A stretch of 64,000 bases of DNA from Nostoc sp. Its GTDB lineage: Bacteria > Cyanobacteriota > Cyanobacteriia > Cyanobacteriales > Nostocaceae. The notes under the pieces were generated by a model, which did no database searches, was not told where the DNA came from, and saw only the letters and a list, made by a program, of their open reading frames with translations. The translations under genes and the position numbers were made by a program. Position 1 is the stretch's first letter. Each line of letters opens with the position of its first letter. Below are positions 49,557-60,836 of this stretch, in pieces. The DNA is taken from positions 1 through 64,000 of the forward strand of contig JBALDB010000033.1 of assembly GCA_036918135.1 (NCBI GenBank), read 5' to 3'.

Positions 49557-49743
49557 AAGCAAAAATTGCGATCGCCTAAGAAACGTTGAGACGTGACAAT
49601 GATTTGGGATAATTATCTGCGTCCATTAGTGTCGATCTGCGGTTTCAAATTGCAACTGCCAAGACGCGCTGATGATTTTTGGATAATTATTTGCGTCTGT
49701 TGACGTTGATAGGCTGTTCAAAATCCACAATTCACTAAGGGTC

Positions 49744-51057
49744 ATGGATTCTGAAAATTTGTCAAAAGATACACTAGCAGAAGAACTGCTGGAACTAGCG
49801 ATTAAATCTGGAGCAGAAGCAGCTGAGGTGTATCAGTCGCGATCGCTTTCTCGTCCAGTGTTTTTTGAGGCAAACCGACTCAAGCAGCTAGAAACCAGCC
49901 AATCTGAAGGTATAGCACTGCGGCTTTGGCGAAATGGGTGTCCAGGACTAACGGTGGCTTACGGTTCTGTCCCCGCCTTAGCGATTGTGGAAAAAGCTTT
50001 AGCTTTGAGCGAACTTAATCAACCAGAACTAGTGGAATTAGGCTCTAATTTTCAGCCATTGTACCCAGACTTGGGAAAAATTGTGCCGATAGAGGTTTTG
50101 GTAGACTGGGGCAAGGAAGCGATCGCCCTGATTCGCGATGCCTATCCTGAGGTTATCTGCAATGGCGACTGGGAATGTGATATCGAAGCCACAAGACTGG
50201 TCAACACTAAAGGTTTAGATTGCCACTACACCGATACTACCCTTAGTTGCTACATATCCGCAGAATGGGTGCGCGGTGATGATTTTTTGAGTGTTTCCGA
50301 TGGTCAAACCAAACGGGGCGAACTCCACCCACAGAGATTAGCTAACCAAATTTTACAGCGGTTAGTTTGGGCAAAAGAAAATGTTTCATCTCCTAATGGT
50401 CGCGTCCCAGTTTTGTTTACTTCTAAAGCCGCCGATATGCTTTGGGGTAGTGTGCAAGCAGCTTTGAATGGCAAGCGAGTTTTAGAAGCAGCTTCCCCTT
50501 GGGCAGAACGTCTGGGTAGCCCAGTCACATCATCTAGCCTTACCCTCTACCAAGATCCCCAAGCTGGGCCTTACAGTTGCCCTTTTGATGATGAAGGCAC
50601 TCCCACTCAATTTTTAGTATTTATTGAAAACGGAACTTTAAAGCATTTCTATGGCGATCGTACCACCGGAGGTCAACTGGGTACTCAGACCACGGGAAAT
50701 GGTTTTCGCCCTAGTTTAAGCAGCTATCCCACTCCCGGTTTATTTAATTTTCTCATCCAGCCAGGTTCGGCATCGCTACAAGAGTTAATTGAACAACTGG
50801 ATGATGGCTTAATTGTGGATCAAATGTTAGGTAATGGCGGCACTATTTCAGGAGATTTTTCGATCAACGTTGATTTAGGCTACCGCGTGCAAAATGGTCA
50901 TGTAATTGGGCGCGTTAAGGATACGATGGTTGCAGGTAATGTCTACACAGCTCTCAAGCAACTGGTTACACTGGGGAACGATGCTGATTGGAATGGTTCT
51001 TGCTATACTCCATCTTTGATCGTAGAAGGACTATCCACTATGGGGAGAAACAATTAA
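49744..51057 (+). CDS. pmbA: TldD/PmbA family protein (PmbA/TldE-like, lacks HExxH)
   Basis: PFDDEG, IENGTL, TTGNGFR, SGDFS, GNVYTAL, TPSL. Confidence 0.8.
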   Translation: MDSENLSKDTLAEELLELAIKSGAEAAEVYQSRSLSRPVFFEANRLKQLETSQSEGIALRLWRNGCPGLTVAYGSVPALAIVEKALALSELNQPELVELGSNFQPLYPDLGKIVPIEVLVDWGKEAIALIRDAYPEVICNGDWECDIEATRLVNTKGLDCHYTDTTLSCYISAEWVRGDDFLSVSDGQTKRGELHPQRLANQILQRLVWAKENVSSPNGRVPVLFTSKAADMLWGSVQAALNGKRVLEAASPWAERLGSPVTSSSLTLYQDPQAGPYSCPFDDEGTPTQFLVFIENGTLKHFYGDRTTGGQLGTQTTGNGFRPSLSSYPTPGLFNFLIQPGSASLQELIEQLDDGLIVDQMLGNGGTISGDFSINVDLGYRVQNGHVIGRVKDTMVAGNVYTALKQLVTLGNDADWNGSCYTPSLIVEGLSTMGRNN

Positions 51058-51058
51058 A

Positions 51059-51181
51059 AATTCTGGCGTTGCTCAATTAAGGGATGATTCTTGTAGTGTG
51101 AACCGAAAATACAAGGGACGGGCTTTTTGGCCTATCCCACAAAACCATCAAAATTATCCCATAATTAGCAACACCAAAATT
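51059..51181. mobile_element. MITE-like inverted-repeat element downstream of pmbA
   Basis: ggcgttgctcaattaagggatgatt ... aattatcccataattagcaacacc imperfect inverted repeat. Confidence 0.5.
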
Positions 51182-51411
51182 CTCAATTTATAGCAAGTAA
51201 CAGGTTTTGCAAGTAGTAAAGCAAGCGAATTAAAGGTTAGGACATCTTGAAAGCCTGGATGTTAGGAACTAGTAATGTTTTACCTCCTGCCTTCTGCCAA
51301 CGCTCGCGGACTCGCTAACGCTGCGCTATCCTGCCTCCTGCTATAAATGTTGTGTTTGATTCATTGAAAGTTTAATCAATCATTTTTGAATAAGACAAGA
51401 AATTTGACATC

Positions 51412-54123
51412 ATGTCGTATCTACCTATCTTCCAGCGCTTTCGGCAAGTCTTACAACCACGGCGTCGTTTAGCAATCTTTGAAGCTTGTCTGATTGGTTT
51501 GGTTTCGGGTCTGGCAGCAGTCTTACTTAAATCGGGGGTGGGATTGCTAGGTGCTTGGCGAGTGCAGACATCGCTGCTATTACCAGCTTGGTTCGTGTTA
51601 CCAGGTATCGGACTGACCTTCGGATTCCTAGCAGGATGGCTGGTTGAGCGCGTGGCACCAGAAACTTCCGGTAGCGGTATTCCTCAGGTTAAAGCAGTGC
51701 TAGCCCGGATACCAATTGCTCTGGATTTGCGGGTTGCTCTGGTAAAGTTAGTCGGTGGTATTCTGGCACTGGGTTCTGGGCTAGCTTTAGGGCGGGAAGG
51801 GCCAACAGTTCAGGTGAGCGCAGCTTTAGCATCTCAACTGAGTCAGTGGTTTCCTACTTCACCAGACCACCGACGCCAGTTGATTGCTGCTGGTGCAGGA
51901 GCAGGGTTAGCGGCTGCCTTCAATGCGCCGATTGCAGGTGTGTTGTTTGTAGTAGAAGAACTGTTACAGGATTTCTCAGAATTTACTCTGGGCACTGCAA
52001 TTCTGGCTTCTTTTATCGGTGCCGTTGTCTCGCGGGTATTGGGTGGTCGCAGCTTAGATCTTAATCTGGCATTAACTGCTCCCAACACAGATTTTTTTGT
52101 TCAAGATATCCCCTTCTATTTGTTGTTGGGAATTGTGGCTGGGTTGATGGGGGCGCTATTTAATCGCGGGATTATTACCAGCTTAACTTTTTACCGACGT
52201 TCTCTACGTTTTGGATTACCTGCTCGTGTAGCACTTGCTGGGTTGGTGTCTGGGGTGATTGTGGCATTACTACCGTTAGCGTTTCGAGACAACACGGGAC
52301 TGCGGGAAATTTTAATTACAGGTGAGGCTAGCTGGTCAGTAGCAGCGATCGCCTTTTTCTCCCAGTTTATCCTTACCCTCGTAGCCTATGGCTCTGGTGT
52401 GCCAGGAGGATTATTTGCTCCTGCTTTAACTCTTGGGGCTGCCCTTGGCTACTTAGTGGGTATGGCAGAACACAGTCTACTCATTCCTTTTGGAATCGCC
52501 AGTGGATTACCAATTACTTATGCGTTGGCAGGAATGGGCGCATTTTTTACTGCGGTAGCCAGAGTGCCAATCACGGGGATAGTAATTGTGTTTGAAATGA
52601 CTACAGATTTCAACTTAGTACTGCCCTTAATGATTGGCTCTGTAACGTCGTATCTAGTGGCCGACAAGTTAGTGCCAGGATCGCTATACGACAAACTTTT
52701 AGAGTGGAATGGGATAATTATCGAAAAAGCTGCACCTGCGGGGGGGATTATAACAAATTTGACAGCCAAAGATGTCATGCAGCAACAAGTAGAAACTCTG
52801 GATACACAGATGCCTTTAGATGAAGTAATACAGGCATTTGCTCGTTCCCACCATCGGGGCTTTCCGGTAGTAGAGGATAGCAAGCTTGTAGGGATTGTGA
52901 CGCAATCAGATTTACTAAATATCCGCGAGCGCAACTTACCAAACGATACTGCCTTAGGGAAAATTATGACTGCGGCTCCGGTAACAGTCACACCAATCCA
53001 CACCCTAAGCAATGTACTGTATTTACTCGACCGCTATCAAATCAGTCGCTTACCAGTAGTGAATGGACGAAAACTGATCGGGATTATTACGCGTGCAGAT
53101 ATTATTCGTGCGGAAGCAGACCATCTTAATGGTGATGACAGAACTTTAAAACTGCGACCAGAACCTTCGTATGTAGTTTATCAAACGCGATCGCCCAGCA
53201 TTGGTAGAGGTAGATTATTAGTCCCAGTAGCTAACCCGGAAACAGCAGGGATTTTATTACAAATGGCAGCAGCGATCGCCCGCGATCGCCATTATGAAAT
53301 AGAGTGCATCCAAGTAATACTAGTGCCACGCCACAGTTCCCCATCTGAAACACAAGTCAGGACAGCAAAAAGTCGCCGCCTGCTCAGAAAGGCAGAAGTC
53401 TTAGCAAAAAAATGGCAAATTCCCCTGCATACACAAATCCGAGTTACCCACGATGTCGCCCAAGCAATTTTGGAGACAATCAACGAACAACACATTGACC
53501 TGATTTTAATGGGATGGAAAGGTAATACATCTACCCCAGGTCGGATTTTTGGCACTGCCGTAGATACTGTAATTCGCCAAGCCACTTGCGAAGTAGTTTT
53601 AGTCAAGTTAGGCAAAACTCACTCAGACGCGGCGACACAGGGACGCGACGATACAGAAAAAGAATTCTCTCCATCCGCGCATCTCCCACTCTCAGCATAT
53701 CCTTCCTCTCCTCACTTCAACAGCTGGCTAGTCCCAATGGCTGGCGGCCCCAATTCACAAGTAGCGATTAAATTGCTTCCGGCTTTACTCACCTTGGGGA
53801 ATCAACCACAAATTCGCTTGACACAGGTGTTTAAGCCATCTGAGTCGCAACCAAACATGACAGTTTTAGAAAATGGTATGCGTCAGTTGATGCGTCGCTA
53901 TAAATTATCTAAGACTATTCTTGCTGTCCCAATACAAGCTGATTCAGTTGCCCAAGGTGTGATTAAATTAGTCAAAACTGAAGGTTACGATGTTGTAGTT
54001 TTGGGAGCTTCGCGTGAGGGATTGTTGCAGCAGGCGATTCAAGGTAATATTCCAGAAGCGATCGCCTCTGGTGTAGAAAGTACAGTAATTCTGGTCAGGA
54101 GTGCGATTAATAGTAAAGTCTAA
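51412..54123 (+). CDS. ClC chloride channel/antiporter with CBS pair and two USP domains
   Basis: GSGIP, GREGPT, AAAFNAP, GGLFAP; CBS pair; LLVPVANP and LVPMAGGP USP domains. Confidence 0.92.
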   Translation: MSYLPIFQRFRQVLQPRRRLAIFEACLIGLVSGLAAVLLKSGVGLLGAWRVQTSLLLPAWFVLPGIGLTFGFLAGWLVERVAPETSGSGIPQVKAVLARIPIALDLRVALVKLVGGILALGSGLALGREGPTVQVSAALASQLSQWFPTSPDHRRQLIAAGAGAGLAAAFNAPIAGVLFVVEELLQDFSEFTLGTAILASFIGAVVSRVLGGRSLDLNLALTAPNTDFFVQDIPFYLLLGIVAGLMGALFNRGIITSLTFYRRSLRFGLPARVALAGLVSGVIVALLPLAFRDNTGLREILITGEASWSVAAIAFFSQFILTLVAYGSGVPGGLFAPALTLGAALGYLVGMAEHSLLIPFGIASGLPITYALAGMGAFFTAVARVPITGIVIVFEMTTDFNLVLPLMIGSVTSYLVADKLVPGSLYDKLLEWNGIIIEKAAPAGGIITNLTAKDVMQQQVETLDTQMPLDEVIQAFARSHHRGFPVVEDSKLVGIVTQSDLLNIRERNLPNDTALGKIMTAAPVTVTPIHTLSNVLYLLDRYQISRLPVVNGRKLIGIITRADIIRAEADHLNGDDRTLKLRPEPSYVVYQTRSPSIGRGRLLVPVANPETAGILLQMAAAIARDRHYEIECIQVILVPRHSSPSETQVRTAKSRRLLRKAEVLAKKWQIPLHTQIRVTHDVAQAILETINEQHIDLILMGWKGNTSTPGRIFGTAVDTVIRQATCEVVLVKLGKTHSDAATQGRDDTEKEFSPSAHLPLSAYPSSPHFNSWLVPMAGGPNSQVAIKLLPALLTLGNQPQIRLTQVFKPSESQPNMTVLENGMRQLMRRYKLSKTILAVPIQADSVAQGVIKLVKTEGYDVVVLGASREGLLQQAIQGNIPEAIASGVESTVILVRSAINSKV

Positions 54124-54209
54124 GCGACTTCCATATAAAAAATATCCTACTGCTGACGCTCAATAGCCACTAACTTCAAACGGGATAATTTATTTCTTGG
54201 AGTTCCCTA
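54121..54209. repeat. Degenerate inverted-repeat element between convergent genes (possible terminator/MITE)
   Basis: gacttccatataaaaaatatcc ... ggataatttatttcttggagttcc imperfect inverted repeat. Confidence 0.4.
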
Positions 54210-55382
54210 ATAGCTACTAAATAACTTAGCTAAATTGGCGCGAAATTGACTAAATTCATAAGCTTCAATGGTTTTTTGTTGCAAGTACTCTGGTTGATAA
54301 ATCACCGGGTTAGAGCAATCACCTTGGAGAATTTGAATGAGATTATCAGCAATTTCTTCGACGTTATCAGGGTCAACTAAACATCCCAGTTTACCCTCAG
54401 CTAATGGGTCTATAGAACCATCTTGATTACCTGCCAATACAGGTTTACCACAAGCTAAGGCTTCTAAATAAACAATACCAAATCCTTCTCCTTTGCTAGG
54501 CATAGCAAAAACATCACAGAGATTGTAATGAGCGCACAATTCTTCATCTGGTACAAATCCGGCAATAGTAATACAATCTTGGAGGTTTAAGCTATTAACT
54601 AAAGTTTGAATTCGAGGTAAATCATCCCCCTTACCTACTAAAAGAAAATGAACATTTGGGATTTGCGATCGCACTTTAACTAAAGCATGAATAATTTGGT
54701 CATAACCCTTATATTTTGCCATGCGTCCCAGCCGCGTTACTGTGAGAATTACAGGCTGTTCATCTTTTAAGTTATATCGTTTTAGTAAGTGAGTAGGTTT
54801 AGGTTTTATTTCAAATTGGTTGGCGTCAAATGTATTAGGTAAAAGCACTATTTTATCAGCATCAATTTGAATTTCTCGAAGCAAGCGCTGGCGAGTATAA
54901 TTACTAACACTAATTACTTTATCCGCTTTTTGTAATGCTAATTTGGTCATCTTATTCTCAATATCCCAAACTTCTAAACCATGAGCAACTACCCAGTAAG
55001 GAATTCCAGCAATCAGTTTGAGAACATAACAAGCAGTGGCATAGTTAACATGAGTTGATATAACTATAGTCGGACGATGAAAAATAGCCAAAATAATTAT
55101 TTTTGTAGCAAACAAAATAGTTTGAAATAATCTTGGTAAATCTCCAAAATAATGAAATTTTGTGGAACTTAAATACTGCAAATTTGACCGTTGTTTTAAA
55201 TTTTGCTTGTCATATTTGAGAAACACATCATAATTAGCTTCCGGATATAAATCTTGCAATGCTTTGAGCAAAAACATTGAGTAAACTTGAATACCTCCTT
55301 TAAAACCAAACATATTTGGAAATATCAAGTTAAAATGGCACTGATTTCGAGTATTTGTTTTTAACATTGTAACTAATTTCAC
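54207..55382 (-). CDS. Glycosyltransferase family 4 (GT-B)
   Basis: GGIQVY, AHGLEVW, YKGYDQ, EGFGIVYLEALACGKPV. Confidence 0.92.
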   Translation of the reverse strand: MKLVTMLKTNTRNQCHFNLIFPNMFGFKGGIQVYSMFLLKALQDLYPEANYDVFLKYDKQNLKQRSNLQYLSSTKFHYFGDLPRLFQTILFATKIIILAIFHRPTIVISTHVNYATACYVLKLIAGIPYWVVAHGLEVWDIENKMTKLALQKADKVISVSNYTRQRLLREIQIDADKIVLLPNTFDANQFEIKPKPTHLLKRYNLKDEQPVILTVTRLGRMAKYKGYDQIIHALVKVRSQIPNVHFLLVGKGDDLPRIQTLVNSLNLQDCITIAGFVPDEELCAHYNLCDVFAMPSKGEGFGIVYLEALACGKPVLAGNQDGSIDPLAEGKLGCLVDPDNVEEIADNLIQILQGDCSNPVIYQPEYLQQKTIEAYEFSQFRANLAKLFSSY

Positions 55383-56599
55383 TTGCTTGATTGTACGATA
55401 AAATCTTTTCGATAATTAATAGCTGCTGCCAAAAAATAAAACTCAATAGTTGTAAAAGTATAATCTTCAGCAAAAAAATCTGGAATTTGAGACGCTAAAA
55501 ACATCATAATTGGAATAATCGTTAAGGGATTACTATGTTTAACTTTAGTTGCTATTTTTACTAAAAAACTAATAAAAATAAATAGTCCAATAACTCCTTG
55601 TTCTACTAAGACATTTAAAAATATATCATGTGCATGAAAACCTTTGGCTCCAAAAACTTTCACTCCTATATGTTCTGCAAAAACTCCTATACCTATACCT
55701 GTAAGCGGTCTTTTAATAGTTTCAATAATAGCTGCTTGCCATAGAACAAACCTTGACAACGCTGTTCCTACAGGACTAGGAAGCACTATTTGAATCGGAT
55801 TTGCTAAAAATAAATTAATTAATGGAAATATTTTACTATTTCCTAAACCAATTCTGTATGTAGATACTGGTATAGTTACAATACATAAAAACCATAAACT
55901 TAAGATAGCAATCATCTGTTTAAAATTAATAGTTTTATATATCAATAAAAGAATTATGCCAAAAATAAAAATTAGCCAAGCATTTCTGCTAGCAGAAAAC
56001 GCTAAGGAAATTAAAAATATAAATTCACTTAGATATAATTCAATTTGAGAAATCTTTTTTTGTTTTTCTAGAATTAAGCTTAAACATAGCCCGATACTCA
56101 TTATTGCCCCAAACTGATTAGGATTTTGCATGATTGAACCAATCTGAGGATAAAAGCTAGGAAATTTTAATAATTTAAAAATCCAGTGATTGGGAAGTAA
56201 AGCCTCTAAAAAACCAAACCCTGCAATTATTTGTAATAAGTACAATATGCAACGATAATAAAATGTCAAGGAGGATGTTTTGAGTTTTCTATAAGTTAAG
56301 ACTAGAAAAGCAAAAAATAATATAAAGTACGTTGAATACTTAATACTATAAATAATAGCAGTATGAGAAAATTCACTTAAAAAAGCGGATATCCACATCC
56401 ATAAATATAATATAGCCAAAAATATTAAAATAATTTTATTTTTTTTAATAGTTTCTTTTGTATCTTTTAATGAAAAACTAATTATCCCAAAGCTAAAGCC
56501 AGAAAGTAATAAATAATGAATACCAATATTGAATTCAGGAAATTTAATTCGCCCTAAAAGGGAAGAAAATAGTATGAGCAAGAAAAATATATTAATCAT
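55379..56599 (-). CDS. O-antigen ligase/polymerase family membrane protein
   Basis: Polytopic; NPNQFG, SASRNAW, RFVLW..A..RPLTGIGIG, HAHDIFL..EQGVIG. Confidence 0.88.
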   Translation of the reverse strand: MINIFFLLILFSSLLGRIKFPEFNIGIHYLLLSGFSFGIISFSLKDTKETIKKNKIILIFLAILYLWMWISAFLSEFSHTAIIYSIKYSTYFILFFAFLVLTYRKLKTSSLTFYYRCILYLLQIIAGFGFLEALLPNHWIFKLLKFPSFYPQIGSIMQNPNQFGAIMSIGLCLSLILEKQKKISQIELYLSEFIFLISLAFSASRNAWLIFIFGIILLLIYKTINFKQMIAILSLWFLCIVTIPVSTYRIGLGNSKIFPLINLFLANPIQIVLPSPVGTALSRFVLWQAAIIETIKRPLTGIGIGVFAEHIGVKVFGAKGFHAHDIFLNVLVEQGVIGLFIFISFLVKIATKVKHSNPLTIIPIMMFLASQIPDFFAEDYTFTTIEFYFLAAAINYRKDFIVQSSK

Positions 56600-56868
56600 A
56601 AATTCTAATTTTCAATAATTTTTGACAATATAAAACCTAGATGAAAACCGATATTTACAGGTTTCAATAGAGATATTGCTATTTTTTCAACTTATAGCAG
56701 TGTCCAGGTAGATTAGTACATAAACTGAGGATGAAATCCTCACACCAAATAACTTTTAAACCTATTACTCTATTGCCTGCTACCAGATTTTTAATTCCGT
56801 CGAGGATATTATCACAATACTCTTCGCCACCGATATCAAGCTGGTAATTAATTAACTCTCAGCACTTT

Positions 56869-58932
56869 TTAGTGAATTGTCTGCCAAATTTTTAAAATAT
56901 TTTCACCACTTCCGCCGCCAGCAATAGTCTGTCCATCTGGGCTGATGGCTACGGCATAAATATATCCAGAACCAGTTTCTAAAGTGCGGATTTTTTCTCC
57001 TGTCACCGGATTCCACAGTTTGATGGTTTTATCACTGCTGCCACTAACAAGGGTGATGTTATTTAAAGGTGTGCTTGGCAAAAAGGCGACGGAATTAATC
57101 TTATCATTATGTCCCTTTAAAGTGTGCATTAACTTTCCCGTCTCCACATTCCACAATTTAATTGTTTTGTCATTGCTGCCACTGGCAAGGGTTTTGCCAT
57201 CGGGAGCAAAAGCAACTGAAAGAATCGCCCCACCATTTCCCTTCAAGGTGCGGATTAACTTTCCTGTCCCTAAATTCCACAATTTTATTGTCTTGTCCCA
57301 ACTACCACTGGCAAGGGTTTTGCCATCAGGACTAAAAACTACAGCTTGAACACCATTGGCATGTCCTTCGAGAGTGCGGATTAACTTTCCTGTCTCCAGA
57401 TTCCACAGTCTGATTTTCGTGTCCTTACTAGCACTACCACTAGCGAGGATTTTGCCATCAGGACTGAAACTCACCGAGGTTACTCCGTCGGTATGTCCTT
57501 GGAGAGTGCGAATTAACTTTCCGGTTGCCAAATTCCATAATTTGATTGTTTTATCTGCACTCCCACTAGCGAGGGTTTTGCTATCAGGACTGAAGGCTAT
57601 AGTCCAAATCCAATTGGAATGTCCTTCGAGGGTGCGGATTTCTTGTTTAGTTGCCAGATTCCATAACTTGATTGTCTTATCATCACTAGCACTACCAAGG
57701 GTTGTACCATCAGGACTGAAGGCTACAGAATTTACGTCACTAGAATGCCCTTTGAGAGATTTGGCGAGATAAGAATTTTCTAAGACGTTTTTTTGAGAAG
57801 TGACAGGCTGAGAAATCGGTTCAGAAAACTCGCTAATTTCAGGCGAACGAGTTTGGAAATACCAAACTCCTCCCAATCCCAATACCAAGATGCTAGTACC
57901 CAAGAGTAGTTTACTTTTGAGCTTGTTATTTAGTTTTGGTGAAACTAGTGTCGTTTCTGCCGAAGAAGTCGTGAATGTTGGTGTAAGTATAGTTGGGGGG
58001 ACTAATGGCAATGGCGGTGATAGACTGGGTGTTAAGTCAGCGATGACTTCTTCGGCTGATTGATAACGCTTTTCGATATCTGGTTGTAACAGCCTATCCA
58101 AAATTTCAGCCAACTCTACAGACACAGAAATCTTATCTCTACCAGGACTATTTAAGTATTGCTGCCAAGATTTAACCCAACCGTAACCTTGGTGTATCCA
58201 CAGTTGAGATGGGCGAACCCCAGTCAGTAGATGAAAACAAGTTGCCCCCAAGCTGAATAAATCACTGGCTGGGTAAGCTTTGCCTTCTTGCATTTGTTCC
58301 AGTGCTGTGTAACCATGTGAGCCAATGACAGTGCCAATTTTAGTCTGCACAGTTGCTGTTAGCTGCTTAGAGGCTCCAAAATCAATTAACACTAATCGCC
58401 CGTCACTTTGACGGCGAATAATATTTTGTGGCTTGATATCCCGATGAATTACTCCTCGTACATGAATAAACGTCAGCAAGGGCAGTAAATCTAACAAAAG
58501 TTCTCGAATTTGTATTTCGTTATAATTTCCCTGCGTCCCCCATTCCTTGAGTAAGTTTTGTCCGTCAATAAACTGCTGCACTAAAAATAAATAGCCATTT
58601 TGCTCAAAATAAGCCAATAAAGTTGGAATTTGTGGATGTTCTGCCAGTTGTTGAAGTCGGCTAGCTTCTTGTTTAAATAGTTCAACGGCCTTTGTTAGTG
58701 GCCCAGTTCCGTGAAGTTTTGGTGCAAATTGCTTGACAACACAGCATTCATTTAATTTGTGTACATCTTCTGCCAGATAGGTTCTGCCAAATCCGCCCTC
58801 ATCTGACAACACCTGAGTGGGACGATAGCGACCTCCCAGTAGGGGTAGTAATTCGGCTTGACAACTGTGACAATAGTTGTTTTTCTCAGGATTCAGGGGT
58901 TTTTGGCAATCGGGATTCACACAACAAACCAT
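56869..58932 (-). CDS. Ser/Thr protein kinase with TM and WD40 repeats
   Basis: N-terminal CxxPxC..CxxC, GGFGRTY, HRDIKPQN, DFG; TM; seven GH..WD-like repeats. Confidence 0.93.
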   Translation of the reverse strand: MVCCVNPDCQKPLNPEKNNYCHSCQAELLPLLGGRYRPTQVLSDEGGFGRTYLAEDVHKLNECCVVKQFAPKLHGTGPLTKAVELFKQEASRLQQLAEHPQIPTLLAYFEQNGYLFLVQQFIDGQNLLKEWGTQGNYNEIQIRELLLDLLPLLTFIHVRGVIHRDIKPQNIIRRQSDGRLVLIDFGASKQLTATVQTKIGTVIGSHGYTALEQMQEGKAYPASDLFSLGATCFHLLTGVRPSQLWIHQGYGWVKSWQQYLNSPGRDKISVSVELAEILDRLLQPDIEKRYQSAEEVIADLTPSLSPPLPLVPPTILTPTFTTSSAETTLVSPKLNNKLKSKLLLGTSILVLGLGGVWYFQTRSPEISEFSEPISQPVTSQKNVLENSYLAKSLKGHSSDVNSVAFSPDGTTLGSASDDKTIKLWNLATKQEIRTLEGHSNWIWTIAFSPDSKTLASGSADKTIKLWNLATGKLIRTLQGHTDGVTSVSFSPDGKILASGSASKDTKIRLWNLETGKLIRTLEGHANGVQAVVFSPDGKTLASGSWDKTIKLWNLGTGKLIRTLKGNGGAILSVAFAPDGKTLASGSNDKTIKLWNVETGKLMHTLKGHNDKINSVAFLPSTPLNNITLVSGSSDKTIKLWNPVTGEKIRTLETGSGYIYAVAISPDGQTIAGGGSGENILKIWQTIH

Positions 58933-59432
58933 ACTGGGAATCCATTTCCATATTGGGGTATATATTCATCTTAAGTCATGCAGTATAATCTCTCTTGTTA
59001 GTCAATCTCACTGAGATACCATCCAAATCGCCAATTTCCTTACTTCATCAGGTATTTAACAATTTAAAGAACTTAAAAAAGTTTTGTTTTAATGAAGCTT
59101 TTTGATGAATTAATTGATGTTAATCCGAAATATTTATGTATACATTCTCGATTTAGTAGTCCGGCAGCATTTGCCTCAGTTTGGCAAAAATATCTCTGCA
59201 AAAATCCGAAAAGCAGTAATTTCAGTTTGTAGCTCAGTATATACCTACTAATTTATGATTTACTCTCGAAGTCTAAACTAAGGTAAGAATTTAAAACTCA
59301 GAATAGTTAAAGAATCAAGACGCTAAATTTAAATTTAGTATCAAAATATCAAATTAATTTACCGATAAAAGACAAAAAACATGAACTTAAACCCCATAAA
59401 TCCCAAATTTTCCCAATATTAGGAGCGTAATT

Positions 59433-60650
59433 ATGTTAATAGAAAACAACTATCGTCGTAAATTAAGTTACATTTTAATTTGTTGCTTGAGCAGTAGTTT
59501 GTCGATCGCAACTAATGTGCTGCCTATCAGTGCTTTAGTAAAATCTCAAAATTATCAAGACTTTTTAATCGCTAAATCACCAGATGAGAGACAGCCAGAA
59601 GCAGTAGAAAAAGGAATTGAGCAAATTCCTGCTTCTCAAGCCTCAATATCTCCGAGACGGAAGCAATCTATTGAGTCACCCATACAGAATCGTAGTATAT
59701 CGTCTAACACAGAAAATTCCCGGCGTTCTTCTAGTACTTCAAATAATGGCTCTGGTTCTAGCTCGTCTGGACGTAGAGCTTCTTACTCAAATGCTAATCG
59801 TGCTAGTAATAGCTCTGGTTCTAGAGCGTCTAGACGTAGGGCTTCTAACTCAACTGCCAATCGTTCTAATGGTGGCTCAAGGATAGTTCGCAAGCCAACT
59901 CATAACGTAACTACAGTTAACAACCGAAGTATTGAGGATTCACCAGCACCTACTTACAAAGAGATTAACTTTGTAGATGTCGCATTGGGTATTCTAGATA
60001 AAAATGACTTTCAATCTCAAGGTAGATATTTTAATTTCTACGAGTTTGAGGGTAGAGAAAATCAACTAGTCCAAATTAGACTTGTTGGTAGTAATGATAC
60101 GCGCAGAACAAATAACTTAAGTTTAAAACCCTTATTATTTCTGCACGACCCTGATAATAATATCATTGTTAAAAAAGGTACTTGGGATAAAAACAGTGAT
60201 GGCGATGATGCATTCATTTTTGCACGATTGCCTGTGAATGGTACTTACAAAATTGCAGTTACTAGCCAAGATCCTGGAGAAATAGGTCGCTATAGTTTGG
60301 CTCTAAGGAATGATAGAGCTAGCTATACTTTAGATGAATCAGGTCAACTAACTGCCAAAAGTTCAACCTTGAAACAAAATGGAGGAGCTTACAATGTTTC
60401 TAATTTTCAAGGTAGAAAAAATCAGCTTGTAAGTATTCGTGTAGATAGTGTTGATGAAGAGTTTTCTCCTTACGTAACCTTACTTAATTCTAAAGGACAG
60501 ACGATCGCTGTAGATAAAGACAAAGACAAAGGTGGCGTGTATACTGCTTTAATTGACCGAGCTAAGTTACCTGAGGATGATACTTACTATATAGTTGTTA
60601 CTTCCAAGAATCCACAGGAACACGGTAAGTATAGATTGACTATTTTCTGA
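59433..60650 (+). CDS. Secreted protein with Ser/Arg-rich linker and two PPC (pre-peptidase C-terminal) domains
   Basis: YEFEGRENQLVQI..LP.NGTY.I.VTS...GRYSL repeated twice; signal-like N-terminus. Confidence 0.8.
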   Translation: MLIENNYRRKLSYILICCLSSSLSIATNVLPISALVKSQNYQDFLIAKSPDERQPEAVEKGIEQIPASQASISPRRKQSIESPIQNRSISSNTENSRRSSSTSNNGSGSSSSGRRASYSNANRASNSSGSRASRRRASNSTANRSNGGSRIVRKPTHNVTTVNNRSIEDSPAPTYKEINFVDVALGILDKNDFQSQGRYFNFYEFEGRENQLVQIRLVGSNDTRRTNNLSLKPLLFLHDPDNNIIVKKGTWDKNSDGDDAFIFARLPVNGTYKIAVTSQDPGEIGRYSLALRNDRASYTLDESGQLTAKSSTLKQNGGAYNVSNFQGRKNQLVSIRVDSVDEEFSPYVTLLNSKGQTIAVDKDKDKGGVYTALIDRAKLPEDDTYYIVVTSKNPQEHGKYRLTIF

Positions 60651-60836
60651 GGTAATTAGGTTCATTTGTCAGTTAATACACCAATCTTATTTAATTTTTC
60701 AAAATGTTCAAATCTGCCATTTCTCAAAGAAGTGGAGATTTGAACATATCACTAAGTTAGTTGAGTGCTGCTAATAAAATAGCTACTCTACTAACTTTGT
60801 ATTCAATTTAGATAAAATCAGTTGTGATTTCAAATT

